NCBI RefSeq assembly: GCF_001194135.2 | Contig: NC_068987.1 | Coordinates: forward strand, 98,211,761-98,275,760 | Direction of reading: 5' to 3' | Length of the DNA stretch: 64,000 nt | From: Octopus bimaculoides | Lineage: Eukaryota | Shown: positions 40,700 through 52,123 of the stretch, piece by piece | How positions within the stretch are numbered: the first letter of the stretch is position 1 | Layout of the letters: the number at the start of each line of letters is the position of its first letter | The notes under the pieces: model-generated | Database searches by the model: none | What the model was told of the DNA's origin: nothing | Seen by the model: only the letters and a program-made list of their open reading frames with translations | Program-made: the position numbers and the translations under genes

Positions 40700-41740
40700 A
40701 ATTAAAAAGACTTTATTTTATTCAGATTACTCTTGCGTGATGAAATACTAACATAAGTATCGAAATAGCATGCAGTCATTGTTGCAATATCTGCGGAACA
40801 CGGCGATTTAGAGATCCGCAGCATTCTAAATGTTCTGATATCTTTTACATATAAAGTTCGGTTGGAATTGGAAGCCGTTTCGTGGAAATGTTTCAATTGT
40901 ATCAAAGTACAAAAAAATATTCTAAACGCTCAGACACCTGAAAAGACACAACAATTCATTCGACGAGTTCAAAATATTATCGATGATGATCTCTGGAACA
41001 ACGACGGCCATCACCAAAGAATTTCGAGTGACGGTGAGAACTATGAGTAGTGTGGTGCATGAAGGTATGTGATAAAAGTCGTGTATGCTGTGGAGAGGTT
41101 AATTCAAGCCTGCAAAGACACAGAAAAACAGTTCGAACCGTGGAAAGGTGTTACTTAACAAGCTGAAAAACCTCATGTACAGGATAATCTTTGGGTTTTA
41201 TTTGGTGAAAAGTATGTCGACTGAGACAGCAAGAGAACGACAAACGGTTACGTGCCGATCCTTTTGATGTTTCTCAGAAGGATGCACCCTAAGTTTGCAG
41301 TCAATGTATGGTTTTGAGAGTGGTGAGTAGCAAAAATCATGTCATGTAAAATCATATCTTTCTACAGAGTTATAAATTAACGGTGGCTGATACGTTGCGG
41401 TGCTGGAGATATTTGTTACGCTCTGGATGGATGAAGTACGCAGTAGAATGTGATACATGTTTCAGAAATATTGAGCACCGTCTCAGCTGGCATCTAAGCT
41501 CGGCATCCAGCTTCTGGAAGCCAAGCTCGCCAGATTGAAACACTATTTGCGGAACGTTTTTGAAAGGGAAACGAATCGTTCTTATAATACCATATCTTCA
41601 TTAAAAAATCGCCAGTATGCAGGTGATGTGCGAGATAAATAAGGATTAAATGCATATATGTCAAAGATTCTTCACCTGCATCGAGGCTAAAAGCGAATTC
41701 ATAGAATAAGGTTATAAAAATCTTTCTTGGAATAAATAGT
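40700..41740 (+). mobile_element. maT/DD37D-like Tc1/mariner transposase remnant
   Basis: TQQFIRRVQNIIDDD; LLNKLKN; LRVVSSKNHVM; NVFERETNRSYNTISSLK; many indels. Confidence 0.75.
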
Positions 41741-41821
41741 AAAATATTTATACTTTTCCTGTTAGATAGATAAGTGTTGTTTTAGTAAAGTGGCAAATAT
41801 ATCTTCAAATTCTAGATATAT

Positions 41822-41931
<110 letters not shown>

Positions 41932-43894
41932 AAGTGTGTAAGCTTGTGTAAACTTCAAAATTTCCATCTATCATATTCCACTTCGAAATTATCATTTGAA
42001 AGAAGAAATGTTTGTCACAGACTCTGCTCAATGGTTAGAACTCGAAAACGCTTCGTTGAAAAATCAAGTTTCTTAACTATACATTCATACCTGCTTCCTG
42101 CGTCTTTCACTCTTTTTTAAATATTTATTTCTTCGAAATCATTTTGTTTGAAGTAAAGAAATAAACTTATATTATTTTAATACCTTGGTGAGACGTATTA
42201 AGTAAGATTACTGTTACAATCTCGGTTGTCGTCTGGGTGCGAACGGAATGAAGGTCAGTAAAACTGTTTCTATTTAAAGGAAGGGTGACAGTGGTAGACA
42301 GCCTTGACAAATTTAGTAGAGTTGGCGCTAGTGTATCGTCTGCGTGTTTATGGCTTTAATCGGATATTGTAATCTATTGGCTCACTGAATGTTTACATCT
42401 AGCTTTACAGCTCTAATCGCTGTTTGTAAATATATGATTCAGATGATATTTGTACGGAGTTGGTGGTGGATTGTCACAGGAATGTGTGGAGAATGTGGAA
42501 GCTGGCTGTCGAAGATTCGCAGGGCGAAAGTTAAGGTCTTATTATAGGAATGAGCAGAAAATAAACTGGGGTAGGGGAAAGCATCTTGACGGCTCTGGCT
42601 GTAGGAGGTAAACGATGGGGGTCAGTAGAAGGCCGGTTGCACACAAGCCTTGGCTTGATCGACTTAGGTCGGGTCACCGTTGCTAGAGTGTATGTTGTAA
42701 GATCCAAAACTTTCCAGTAACCCCAGGATATAGCGTTGATGACGTGTTCAAATATTGCATTCGTAGCTCAATGTTGACTACACATAAATGGGCTATTGAA
42801 GAATCTCCTAATTAGCCACGTGATCAGCCTGAAATAGATTCCTTATCACCGCAGCTTGCAATGTTAGAAATAACGAAGGGGACAGTTAATATTGTAATCC
42901 ACGATATAAAAAGAACAAAAAAGACGAGACAGCGACGGGGGAGACGCGTTTCATCATGGCCATGTTTCAACTGGGTATCATTTAGGTCTGAAAAGAAATA
43001 AATAGCTTTCGTTTTGTCGACAGCTATTTACGAAAATCTGTACAATAAAAAAATAAACAAAATTTGTCAATGAAAAAATACAAAAGAAAAATTCAGACAA
43101 TTCTGTGTAAATTCACACAAAACCTGTTCAATGTCCATATTTGATATTTGCACAATGTATATAGCGCCTGCACAATGCACATATTGATAGTTATACTTTG
43201 ATTCAACAATTATGACTAATAAAATATTTTAAAATCCTACAAATTTGGCATAACAACAGACCACCTACACCATTAAATCTCTTATCAACCCACTTAAACG
43301 TCTCAATCACTCAATGCGACACACTATGTATGAAACATGTGCACATATTTATATATGTGTATGTATGTTGCATACAGCTGTGGGTAATTATATTACGATG
43401 AGAGCCTCCGTATTCCTAGATATATATATGATGAATGCATTTTGAATTATACATTCAGTATATGAATTTATGGTCTCTGTGTCACCTGCTCTTAAGGGAA
43501 ACCAATAAGTGAAGTAATATTAGTTGTAGTACGTTCTCTACTGTGAAAGTTGTTGCTCTGCACTACTGTAATTCAGTGTTTCTTAAACCATTATATGCAA
43601 ACCAGTTGGACTACACAAGAAAAATTAGAGATTTATGCGAGATAATAGAAACCAGCGAAGTAATCAAAACCAGCAACATTTCGATAGTACATACTCAGAT
43701 TTAACAAATATCATTTACAAAAAGTAAACAAACAAAAAAAAAATACAAAAAAACTTCGTCAAATATTTGTTTGGAAGTCTAGACATTCAGATATAATTAA
43801 TATCAGTTATACGTTGTCTGTATTATGATATCCATAAAAAGTATCCACTTTTGTCTGTTTTATGGTATTCATCCATTTGAAATATGTATTTCAG

Positions 43895-43984
43895 AAGGAG
43901 TGCGTCAACACTGCTGGATATAATGAACTAGTACGCAGGAAGGAAAAAAAATTGAGAAGTCCTGCTGAAATTGAAGTGTTACTG
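43895..43984 (+). other. Candidate 90-bp exon (KECVNTAGYNELVRRKEKKLRSPAEIEVLL)
   Basis: TATTTCAG acceptor, CTG|GTGAGT donor, length divisible by 3, one open frame; no homology recognised. Confidence 0.25.
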
Positions 43985-44652
43985 GTGAGTTGAAACAACT
44001 CTGTCTGCTGTGGCTGTTGATATAAATAAATTCCAGTATGTAAGTTGTGTCACCGGTGAGCTGACAACGACAAGTGATGCTTGTTAATATAATTTGAGAC
44101 GAGACGCTGACTGATCGTTAGAAATGGCCAATGACGTGCTTATATAGACGCTGATACACTGTAACGATAACAGCTGGAGTTGCTGTCAGCAAATGTACGC
44201 ATCGCGCCATTGATTAAGAATAATAATTAAGTCACAAATCAAATCTGTTACTACGAACTCACCTTCATTGACATACCAGCATGAACATAAACATTTGCTT
44301 ATCAGGAGAATTCGATAAATATATTTCACCACATCAGTGTATTTATTTGTACACAATTTTCGGCAACAAATTCACATGTGTAATCACGACAAACCTTGAA
44401 TTTTGTATATATACACAAAAATATACATATAAGCTTCTGTATAAATGCATAGCAACACACGTATACATACTCTCATACAGAACTAGATGAAGCCAACAGG
44501 GAAATTTCATTTGGCTGATCTTCTGCCAGAAATTAGCAGCTATATTCTACCGATATTTGAAGTTATACATCTTGACCCATCAAGGCGTATTCAAACATTT
44601 ATTTCACATTAAACCTTTCTCTATTTTCTCTCTCTCAATGTGAACATGCATG

Positions 44653-44694
<42 letters not shown>

Positions 44695-45078
44695 TACATA
44701 TATATATATATATANNNNNNNNNNNNNNNNNNNNNNNNNNNNNNNNNNNNNNNNNNNNNNNNNNNNNNNNNNNNNNNNNNNNNNNNNNNNNNNNNNNNNN
44801 NNNNNNNNNNNNNNNNNNNNNNNNNNNNNNNNNNNNNNNNNNNNNNNNNNNNNNNNNNNNNNNNNNNNNNNNNNNNNNNNNNNNNNNNNNNNNNNNNNNN
44901 NNNNNNNNNNNNNNNNNNNNNNNNNNNNNNNNNNNNNNNNNNNNNNNNNNNNNNNNNNNNNNNNNNNNNNNNNNNNNNNNNNNNNNNNNNNNNNNNNNNN
45001 NNNNNNNNNNNNNNNNNNNNNNNNNNNNNNNNNNNNNNNNNNNNNNNNNNNNNNNNNNNNNNNNNNNNNNNNNNNNNG

Positions 45079-45270
45079 GATATGATCCCGAAATCAAGTC
45101 TTATTCTTTGCATTTGAAGACTCCAACAAGAGAAAATCCAAGAGAATGCGACGAGGCAGCAGCTCGCTATTTCCACCCAAAAAGAGTGCCAGGAATGCTT
45201 CCATCAATGGAAATGTCGCTGAATAAAGTGTGTGGTTTCAGAAAGGGACAACTTTGAAGGAAACTTTGCG
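45079..45270 (+). mobile_element. Internally deleted mariner fragment
   Basis: YDPEIK..LHLKTP (cf. YDPETKxQSxxW) joined to *IKCVVSERDNFEG (cf. WxKCVxxxGDYFE). Confidence 0.55.
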
Positions 45271-45708
45271 AGCCACCGTGGTTTATGTATTAACAGAGAG
45301 CGGTCCACCTCTATCTACTAGCCATGGGTCATGATGATTTCTACAGGAAAATTTTTAACAGAATTATATACTTTCTTCTTGGCAAATTCTGAGGTGTTAC
45401 GTTTTAGCTGGCAAAGTACGATTTGCCTTTATCACTGAAACAGGTGAGAGTTAGAGTGAAAGTTAGGGCAACCCTAAGAACAGAACCAAACGTTCAAAGT
45501 AGTTAATCTTTACCTGACAGCGGAAATTTTGTAAAACATTGTAAATTACAATAGTAGCAATTAAAAGAAACATAACTAAAGAAATGTTCTTTACTGCAAA
45601 ATAATATTATATTCAAACTGCAGCGTTTTCATATGTTCATTTTCATATATTTCATTTGAAAATATACTTTATAAAGATTGTTTATCTACATTAAAAAAAC
45701 AATATGCA

Positions 45709-45919
45709 TAGGAGCGGCTGTGTGGTTTATAGGCGCAGGAGTGGCTGTGTGGTATAGGCGCAGGAGTGGCTGTGTGGTAAGTAGTTTGCTTACCAACCAC
45801 ATGATTCCAGGTTCAGTCCCACAGCGTGGCATCTTGGCCAAGTGCCTTCTATTATAGCCTCGAGCGGACCAAAGCCTTGGGAGTGGATTTGATAGACGGA
45901 AACTGAAAGAAGCCCGTCG

Positions 45920-45975
<56 letters not shown>

Positions 45976-46184
45976 TGTGTATCTGTGTTTGTCCCCCTAG
46001 CATTGCATGGCAACTGATGCTGGTGTGCTTATGTCCCAGTCACCTAGCGGTTCAGCAAAAAGAGACCGATAGAATAAGTACTAGGCTTACAAAGAATTAG
46101 TCCCGGGGTCGATTTGCTCTACTAAAGGTGGTGCTCCAGCATGGCCGCAGTCAAGTGACTGAAACAAGTAAATGAGTAAAAGAA
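45709..46184 (+). mobile_element. SINE family 1 with a triplicated 5' end
   Basis: Full family-1 sequence preceded by extra ATAGGCGCAGGAGTGGCTGTGTGGT units. Confidence 0.9.
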
Positions 46185-46890
46185 ATATGATCGGATATTG
46201 TAAAAACTATGGCTAAAAGCTTGTATTTCATTTTACAATGCTTTCCCTAGAGAGCCTTGAGTTTAGCTAAAATTCGTTACAATTCTTTGTTCTCTATTTG
46301 CAGTAGGGCTTTGAATTTCTAGTTAAATATCTGCTACTTTGGCCTGGTCTTTCTCCATGGACAAAATGAACTTAATGAAAAGCCTGAGCTGTCTCTGTAC
46401 ATGTCATGACACTGGGCTGTGTTCTTGGGAACAAAAGTAGAAATTCAAACAGGTAAATATGTAAATAATTCTTTCAACAGATGGTAGCATTGATAGAATT
46501 CTGGCTTTAGCAGTTTGTAATTGCATTTTGTATTCCAAACTGGAGCAGTCAGAAAATTCTTTTAGCTACGTGTAAATATTTGAATCTTTTCACAAGTGCT
46601 TCAATAACAACAGCTGTTCGGGAACAGTTGCGCACGTTGTTTGAACCATCACTAATACCAACAATAGCTCTTCCAAGTTTATGTTTTAATCAGCTAAATT
46701 TGATTTTTAGTTTTACGCCATCAAAATGCGTGTTGTAGTCGTTTCTTCAAGATCCAACAATTTCCCCATTTATCGGTGATTGGCAAAAACTGACATTTTC
46801 AACTACGTTCACATATGCACAATCTGAATGCACCAAGACACTGAAATTGTATACATGAAAGTATAACAAATACTTTTATTATTCTGCATA

Positions 46891-47003
<113 letters not shown>

Positions 47004-47532
47004 CATACACACACATATGCACATGCATACATATATTTATATGCATACATATATAATGTACAATACAATGTGGATCAGAAGTAATGAAATAAACTTAAAC
47101 ATTACAAAACCTAAGCTATGAGCATTACCCATAAGCACATCTTAAACGATAGAAACAATATAAACAGATCTTTACTAAATTGCTAAAATGCAGAAAAAGC
47201 GGGGTGGTTACGGCCTCTGACGGACAGAGTTACAATTCTTTGGTCTCTCCTTAGGCAAGAACCACCCTCCCGAATCTTACCCTATCCGAAAGCACTGAGT
47301 ATTCATATGCGCGTAAGACAACCGGCCAGCAAGGAGTTATTGTGCCGGAGAATATAATTTACATATTTCTCTCCCAAACGGTTTGTCATTAAACGATATG
47401 TATTTCCGAAGCAACACATCATCACAAGAAGCGGAGCTGACTACAACATCTCAAGCATTTATGTTATATGACATCAAATATAACTTTTTACATCTTTCAT
47501 TTCCAAATGCATGCTACCGGACAATTTAATTC

Positions 47533-47564
<32 letters not shown>

Positions 47565-48074
47565 TTTTTGACTATAAAACTCGAAGAAAATAAGTTGAAC
47601 GAAGCACCTAAGTTTCCAGAGGGTAAGTATTCAAACCCTAAATGAACCCTCTCAAAACATTACTCTCTCAACACATCACTACGCTGTTCTCCATCCACTC
47701 CTGCTCGCGGTCAGAGATGCACATATCGTCAACTCCAGAGAGACATTCCCAACTGGTCAAGATCAAGATTGGCATAACTCTTCACGAAGATAAACGGACA
47801 ATAAGAAGAATGCAATGCGATTTGCAATAGAGATTGTTTATTTAACGGTTTAAACAATATTTCAACCGATCATATGTTTTCTTTAGGTTCAAAATATAAC
47901 ATGAAAAAACCGCTGACCCATAGAAATTCGAAATATAAACGAGGACATTCGGCCTTGCTTTTTGCATAAAATGGCATCATTAGTGTTCACTTTCATAAAT
48001 GGTAAAAGGAAAAAGAAAAAGAAAAATGAACCGCGTAGAAAAGCGTTTGATGTTTCCACTAATCCCCTGTATCA

Positions 48075-48774
48075 GTACAAATCCGTTTTATCCTCAAAAA
48101 ATAGGGTTTTCGGATTTGACCTAATCATATGATGTAGATAATCGGAGCAGCTGTGAAGGTAAATGTGTGATGACGTGGGCTTGCAAAATAACTCTGTCAC
48201 TTTTCTGCATCCTGAAAACTTAATTTTTGTGTCCAATAACTCAACGCAAAGTTTTTTTGAAAAATTGGGCGTATATTTTATATTGGACTTAAAGCTGTAA
48301 TTTTTAGTTAAACAGTCACAGAAATGCAAGAAGTTAAGTAAACTGTCACGTGATCATTCCTAGATTAAAACACTTCATTAATGAACCATAACCAGAATAT
48401 TGGTTCATGACTATGCAGGAATTTGAATATCTTCATTAACTACTACATCTCTAATTTCGTCATGAAAGCATTAGCGAAATCAACTGCCATGGGGATACCC
48501 ATAGTGCAACGCCTGGGTTACTATCCTTGGTGGTAAACTTTTTGTCCAAACTTCATTGTGTTACTTAGTAACACGACCTTCAATAATTTATTGAGAAAAT
48601 TAGATGAAATATATTTCGTTGACCATTTTTCAAAGGCATTCATATATAATTCCAGCCCTACATCGTGGTCAACATTGAGGGTATAGTGAAAAAACAGATT
48701 TCGACACTACTTCGTTGCTTAGAAAAGTTCTTAATTTTGGACACAAAATCAAAAGTATCCCGAATATAGGAACT

Positions 48775-48778
<4 letters not shown>
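48075..48778 (-). mobile_element. Penelope-like RT fragment
   Basis: SYIRDTFDFVSKI; SLY..NVDHDVGLE; TMGIPMAVDFANAFMTKLE; WFINEVF (YIDD position); LLDTKIK..LFCKPTSSHIYLHSCS. Confidence 0.82.
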
Positions 48779-48807
<29 letters not shown>

Positions 48808-48809
48808 CT

Positions 48810-49135
48810 ACAGGGAGTATAAAGCTATCCAGCAATTCCGAAATTTTGACTGTAGTAACGTTCATATCCGCTGCAAATTTTTCAAATGTTTAATGTATTT
48901 TGGGGAAACCATAAAATACAGTTGTTCTTTCCTTTGGACGCAAAATCCTGGATTCAATCTTATTTACGAAACTTTATCTAAATAGGAACACAGGATTTCC
49001 TCGCCTATATTTTGAATTTATGTGTTACTGCGGATATTTTCATTTAACATTTTGAACCTGAAGAAGACACGATCTGTTGAAATATTGTTCAAATCGTTAA
49101 ATAAGTAATCTCTACTGTGAATCGCATCGCACTCT
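48810..49135 (+). mobile_element. Penelope-like GIY-YIG and 3' end fragment
   Basis: FDCSNVHIRCKFFKCLMYFGET resembles the PLE GIY-YIG motif; followed by a hammerhead-like motif. Confidence 0.6.
49051..49093 (+). ncRNA. Minimal type-I hammerhead-like motif (degenerate)
   Basis: TTTGAAC-CTGAAGA-A-GACA(CGATC)TGTT-GAA-ATAT-T-GTTCAAA: 7-bp stem I, CUGANGA and GAAA cores, palindromic ATAT in place of stem III. Confidence 0.55.
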
Positions 49136-50452
49136 TACTACTACTACTACTACTACTACTACTAGTGCTGCTGCTGCTGTTATTGTTGTTTCTCTTAGGC
49201 ATAGCGTTACTTATAACCTGGTGCTAAAATTAAATATTGATACACTTCAAAACAAAGCGTCAGTCGAGTACAGAAGAACAGTAATAAGAAATTAACATGA
49301 CACGTAAATAAAAAAATTATGACATAATTTCTTATTCCCTTGTCATTTTAATTTCTTATATATATACATAAATTTGTTTGTAAGTACGATGGTAAGTCAA
49401 AATTTCTTGTTTCTGTAATTTATCAAGACAGAAGCAGAGGTTAAACAATTAAAATTTCTGTCGACATTGACTCCTTGCTTTTCGATGCACTTATTCCAGC
49501 GGTTCACAAGTTTGTTTATTCCACCAGAGAAGAAGATTTTCAGGTGATCAGGCAGCGATCTATGCTCAGCTTCCTGCGCTTCTTCGTCGGTAGCAAATCG
49601 GGGCCTGGCAAAAGATGTTTGAACGAACGAGAGCGGTGATAGTCGGTGGGTTCGATATCAGTTTTTTAGCGACTCGAATCCCAATCTTTCAATAGTTTCA
49701 ACGGTGTGGGGCCATATGCGGGCGTGCTTTGTCGAGCAACAACAAGACATGATTTGATAATAGACCTCGGCTTTTGGTTTGAATTACTGGTTTCAGTTTG
49801 TTGGCCAGAATTTCACTGAAGCTTACACTGGTGTCTGTAGAAATTTTTCCCAAGTATTTTTTCACTATAAGCCCTATTGCTTCCCACAAAACGATTAACG
49901 TCCCTTTTTCTACGAAAGATTGAGTCTTGAATTACTTTTCCACTAACGATTCCGGGTCTTTTCACTTCATACTCTGCCTTTTGGAATCTGGCGCAAAGTG
50001 ATGAACCCAGGTCTTATCTCCTGTGACTATTCTCGCAAAAAGTCTTTGCCTTCATCATTGTAGCGATCGCGTAAGTTTTGATATATCTCCACACGGTTGC
50101 ACTTATGCGCTTCGGTAAGCACCCTTGGCAATCATTTCGCAGACTGTACGGAAGCGAAGCTTGTGAGGGATTTAGTATGCTGAACCGTGATGGATTTGCA
50201 GAGAACATGCCACCTCATCGATGATCACACGTCGATTCGCCGGAGCCATCTCTCGTGCTTGTTGAATCCTAACGTCAGGGGTAGAGTCTGACTGGGTCCC
50301 AACTCTTCATGCTTCACACTTCTCCGGTCATTCTTAAACATCTCGATCCTCTCTACACTGTAGCATGCTCTCCTAATATTGTACTGAAAGACTGTGTTAA
50401 ATTTCAGCCCTTGACATTCCTTCAGACCAAAGAAACCAGATCACTTCCTTGG

Positions 50453-51380
50453 TTGTGGAGGCTCGTGGCTTAGAGGCTAGGATGTTGGACTCTTGATCGA
50501 TTCCTGGACCGAGTTCTTGAGCAAAAGACTCCATTTAACGTTGCCCCGTCCACTCAGCTGGCGAAATGAGTAGCCCTGCGACGGACCGGCGACCCGTCCG
50601 CGAAATTTTTTCCCACGAGAATTCCGGGCCCCAGGTATGAACTCATTTGCATACAGCCAATCAGAGCTCAACCATCAAACTAATGTCTACCTAGTCACAA
50701 AACTACTCTGGTTGAGTTCAATGGGAAACGTCCATTATAGCAAAATCAAACTGTTCTAAACGAGTTAATAGGGGTGACAAATGTGAAATTTAGTGTATAA
50801 AGTGAGTGGAGCAGCTCACCGATGATGCCATAAGTGTTGCCAATTTGCATAATTTACTAGAATATGTAAATGAGTGTGGTTTCCTAATTTTTTGACTGAT
50901 TTTGTACACTCCTAATTTAAGATGTCTCTGTTGATCTGGAAACATCGTAATCAATATGGCGCTGTGTCGTATTGCGCCCTCCTTGCTTATATCAGTGGGT
51001 ACATGCAGTATCACTAATCTCAGTCTGAGCATAGGTACCTAATGTTAGCTCCATATACAGATGGTGCTCAATTGGTCTATGAGGATGGGTGTGGGAAATG
51101 TGGTGCTTATGTGAGACCTGCTATGCTGTACTCACAGAGTGGCATACACAATTCTATGCCTGACTGGCTGTACTGTAGTAGTACACAGTACGTGGATTTT
51201 AAAGGTGAGCACTGATTGGCTGTATGCAAATTAGTTCATTACTGGGGTCCGGACCTCGCGTGGAAAAACTATTTCGCGTCTCATCCAGGTGGGGAATATA
51301 CACGCCATGAAACCATGAAACCAACCCTTATGAGTCGGTATTACTCGAGAAGGTAACTTTACTTCTGAGGAAGGTAGGTT
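50453..51380 (+). mobile_element. V-domain-like tRNA SINE split by an insertion at 50600-51277
   Basis: Head ...CTTGAGCAAAAGAC...GTCCACTCAGCTGGCGAAATGAGTAGCCCTGCGACGGACCGGCGACCCGTCC resumes as ..ATCCAGGTGGGGAATATACACGCCATGAAACC; flanked by direct repeat CTTCCTTGG (50444-52, 51381-89). Confidence 0.75.
50600..51277. mobile_element. Non-autonomous TIR element (MULE-like MITE), 678 bp
   Basis: ~70-bp TIRs (50600-50670, 51206-51277) at roughly 80% identity; putative 9-bp TSD GACCCGTCC/GTCTCATCC (6/9 match). Confidence 0.75.
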
Positions 51381-52092
51381 CTTCCTTGGCGCACACTGCC
51401 AGCAGTGGGGCAATGTTTACACTGTAACACAAAAAAGAAAACTGAAGTGATCAATATCAGATTTCGATTACGTAAGTGCATGAGTACCATCTTTGAGCAC
51501 GCGAGCGCCGAAGGCAGATTAGAAGGTTTTGGTGAAAATGCACATAATTTTTTTTACTTCCCTATTGTATAGATATTATGTATGTATGTATTTTTGTTTG
51601 TATCTACGCATCTTTGTATGTATGTATATATGTATGTATATATGTATATACACGTATATATATATATGTATATATGTATGTATGTACACATATAAAGCAG
51701 ACATATGGATATACACATGATTGCAAGTAATATACAAACAGATACAAACTCTCACATAGTTGTATATGTACATACATGTACGTATATGTAGAAATCACAG
51801 ACAAGCATGCACGCGTCTGGATATACACACATCAATATATAAGAGTTAAAGTGTATCTTATGGAGATTGGAAGAAGTACTGCAATCACCATTAGTTACAA
51901 TTGAAACTATTACACATTGCATTTATGTGTATGCACATGCATGTGAACGTCTAGGATTGTGCGCATGTGAGTGTGTTTGCATTTGTGTCTGTATTGTGAG
52001 TGCGCAAGTATGTATGTCTATGTGTTTCAGTTGTACACATGTGCGAGTGTGGATATGCGTTCGTGTTTTGGATATATGTTTGCGTTTGTGTA

Positions 52093-52123
<31 letters not shown>

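Larger units (their letters stand above)
49387..51567 (-). mobile_element. Full-length mariner element (~1.24 kb net) interrupted by a SINE and a TIR element
   Basis: TA-flanked degenerate TIRs (TACGATGGTAAGTCAAAA / TTTTACTTCCCTATTGTA). Transposase pieces PLLAVCAKEE | VIWFLWSEG, IVTGDKTWVHHFAPDSK, VLLLLDKARPH, GINKLVNRWNKCIEKQG. Confidence 0.88.

Noticed and set aside
47560-47630. Perfect donor GAGG|GTAAGT at 47623
   Set aside because: No acceptor or meaningful frame upstream; an isolated match is expected by chance.
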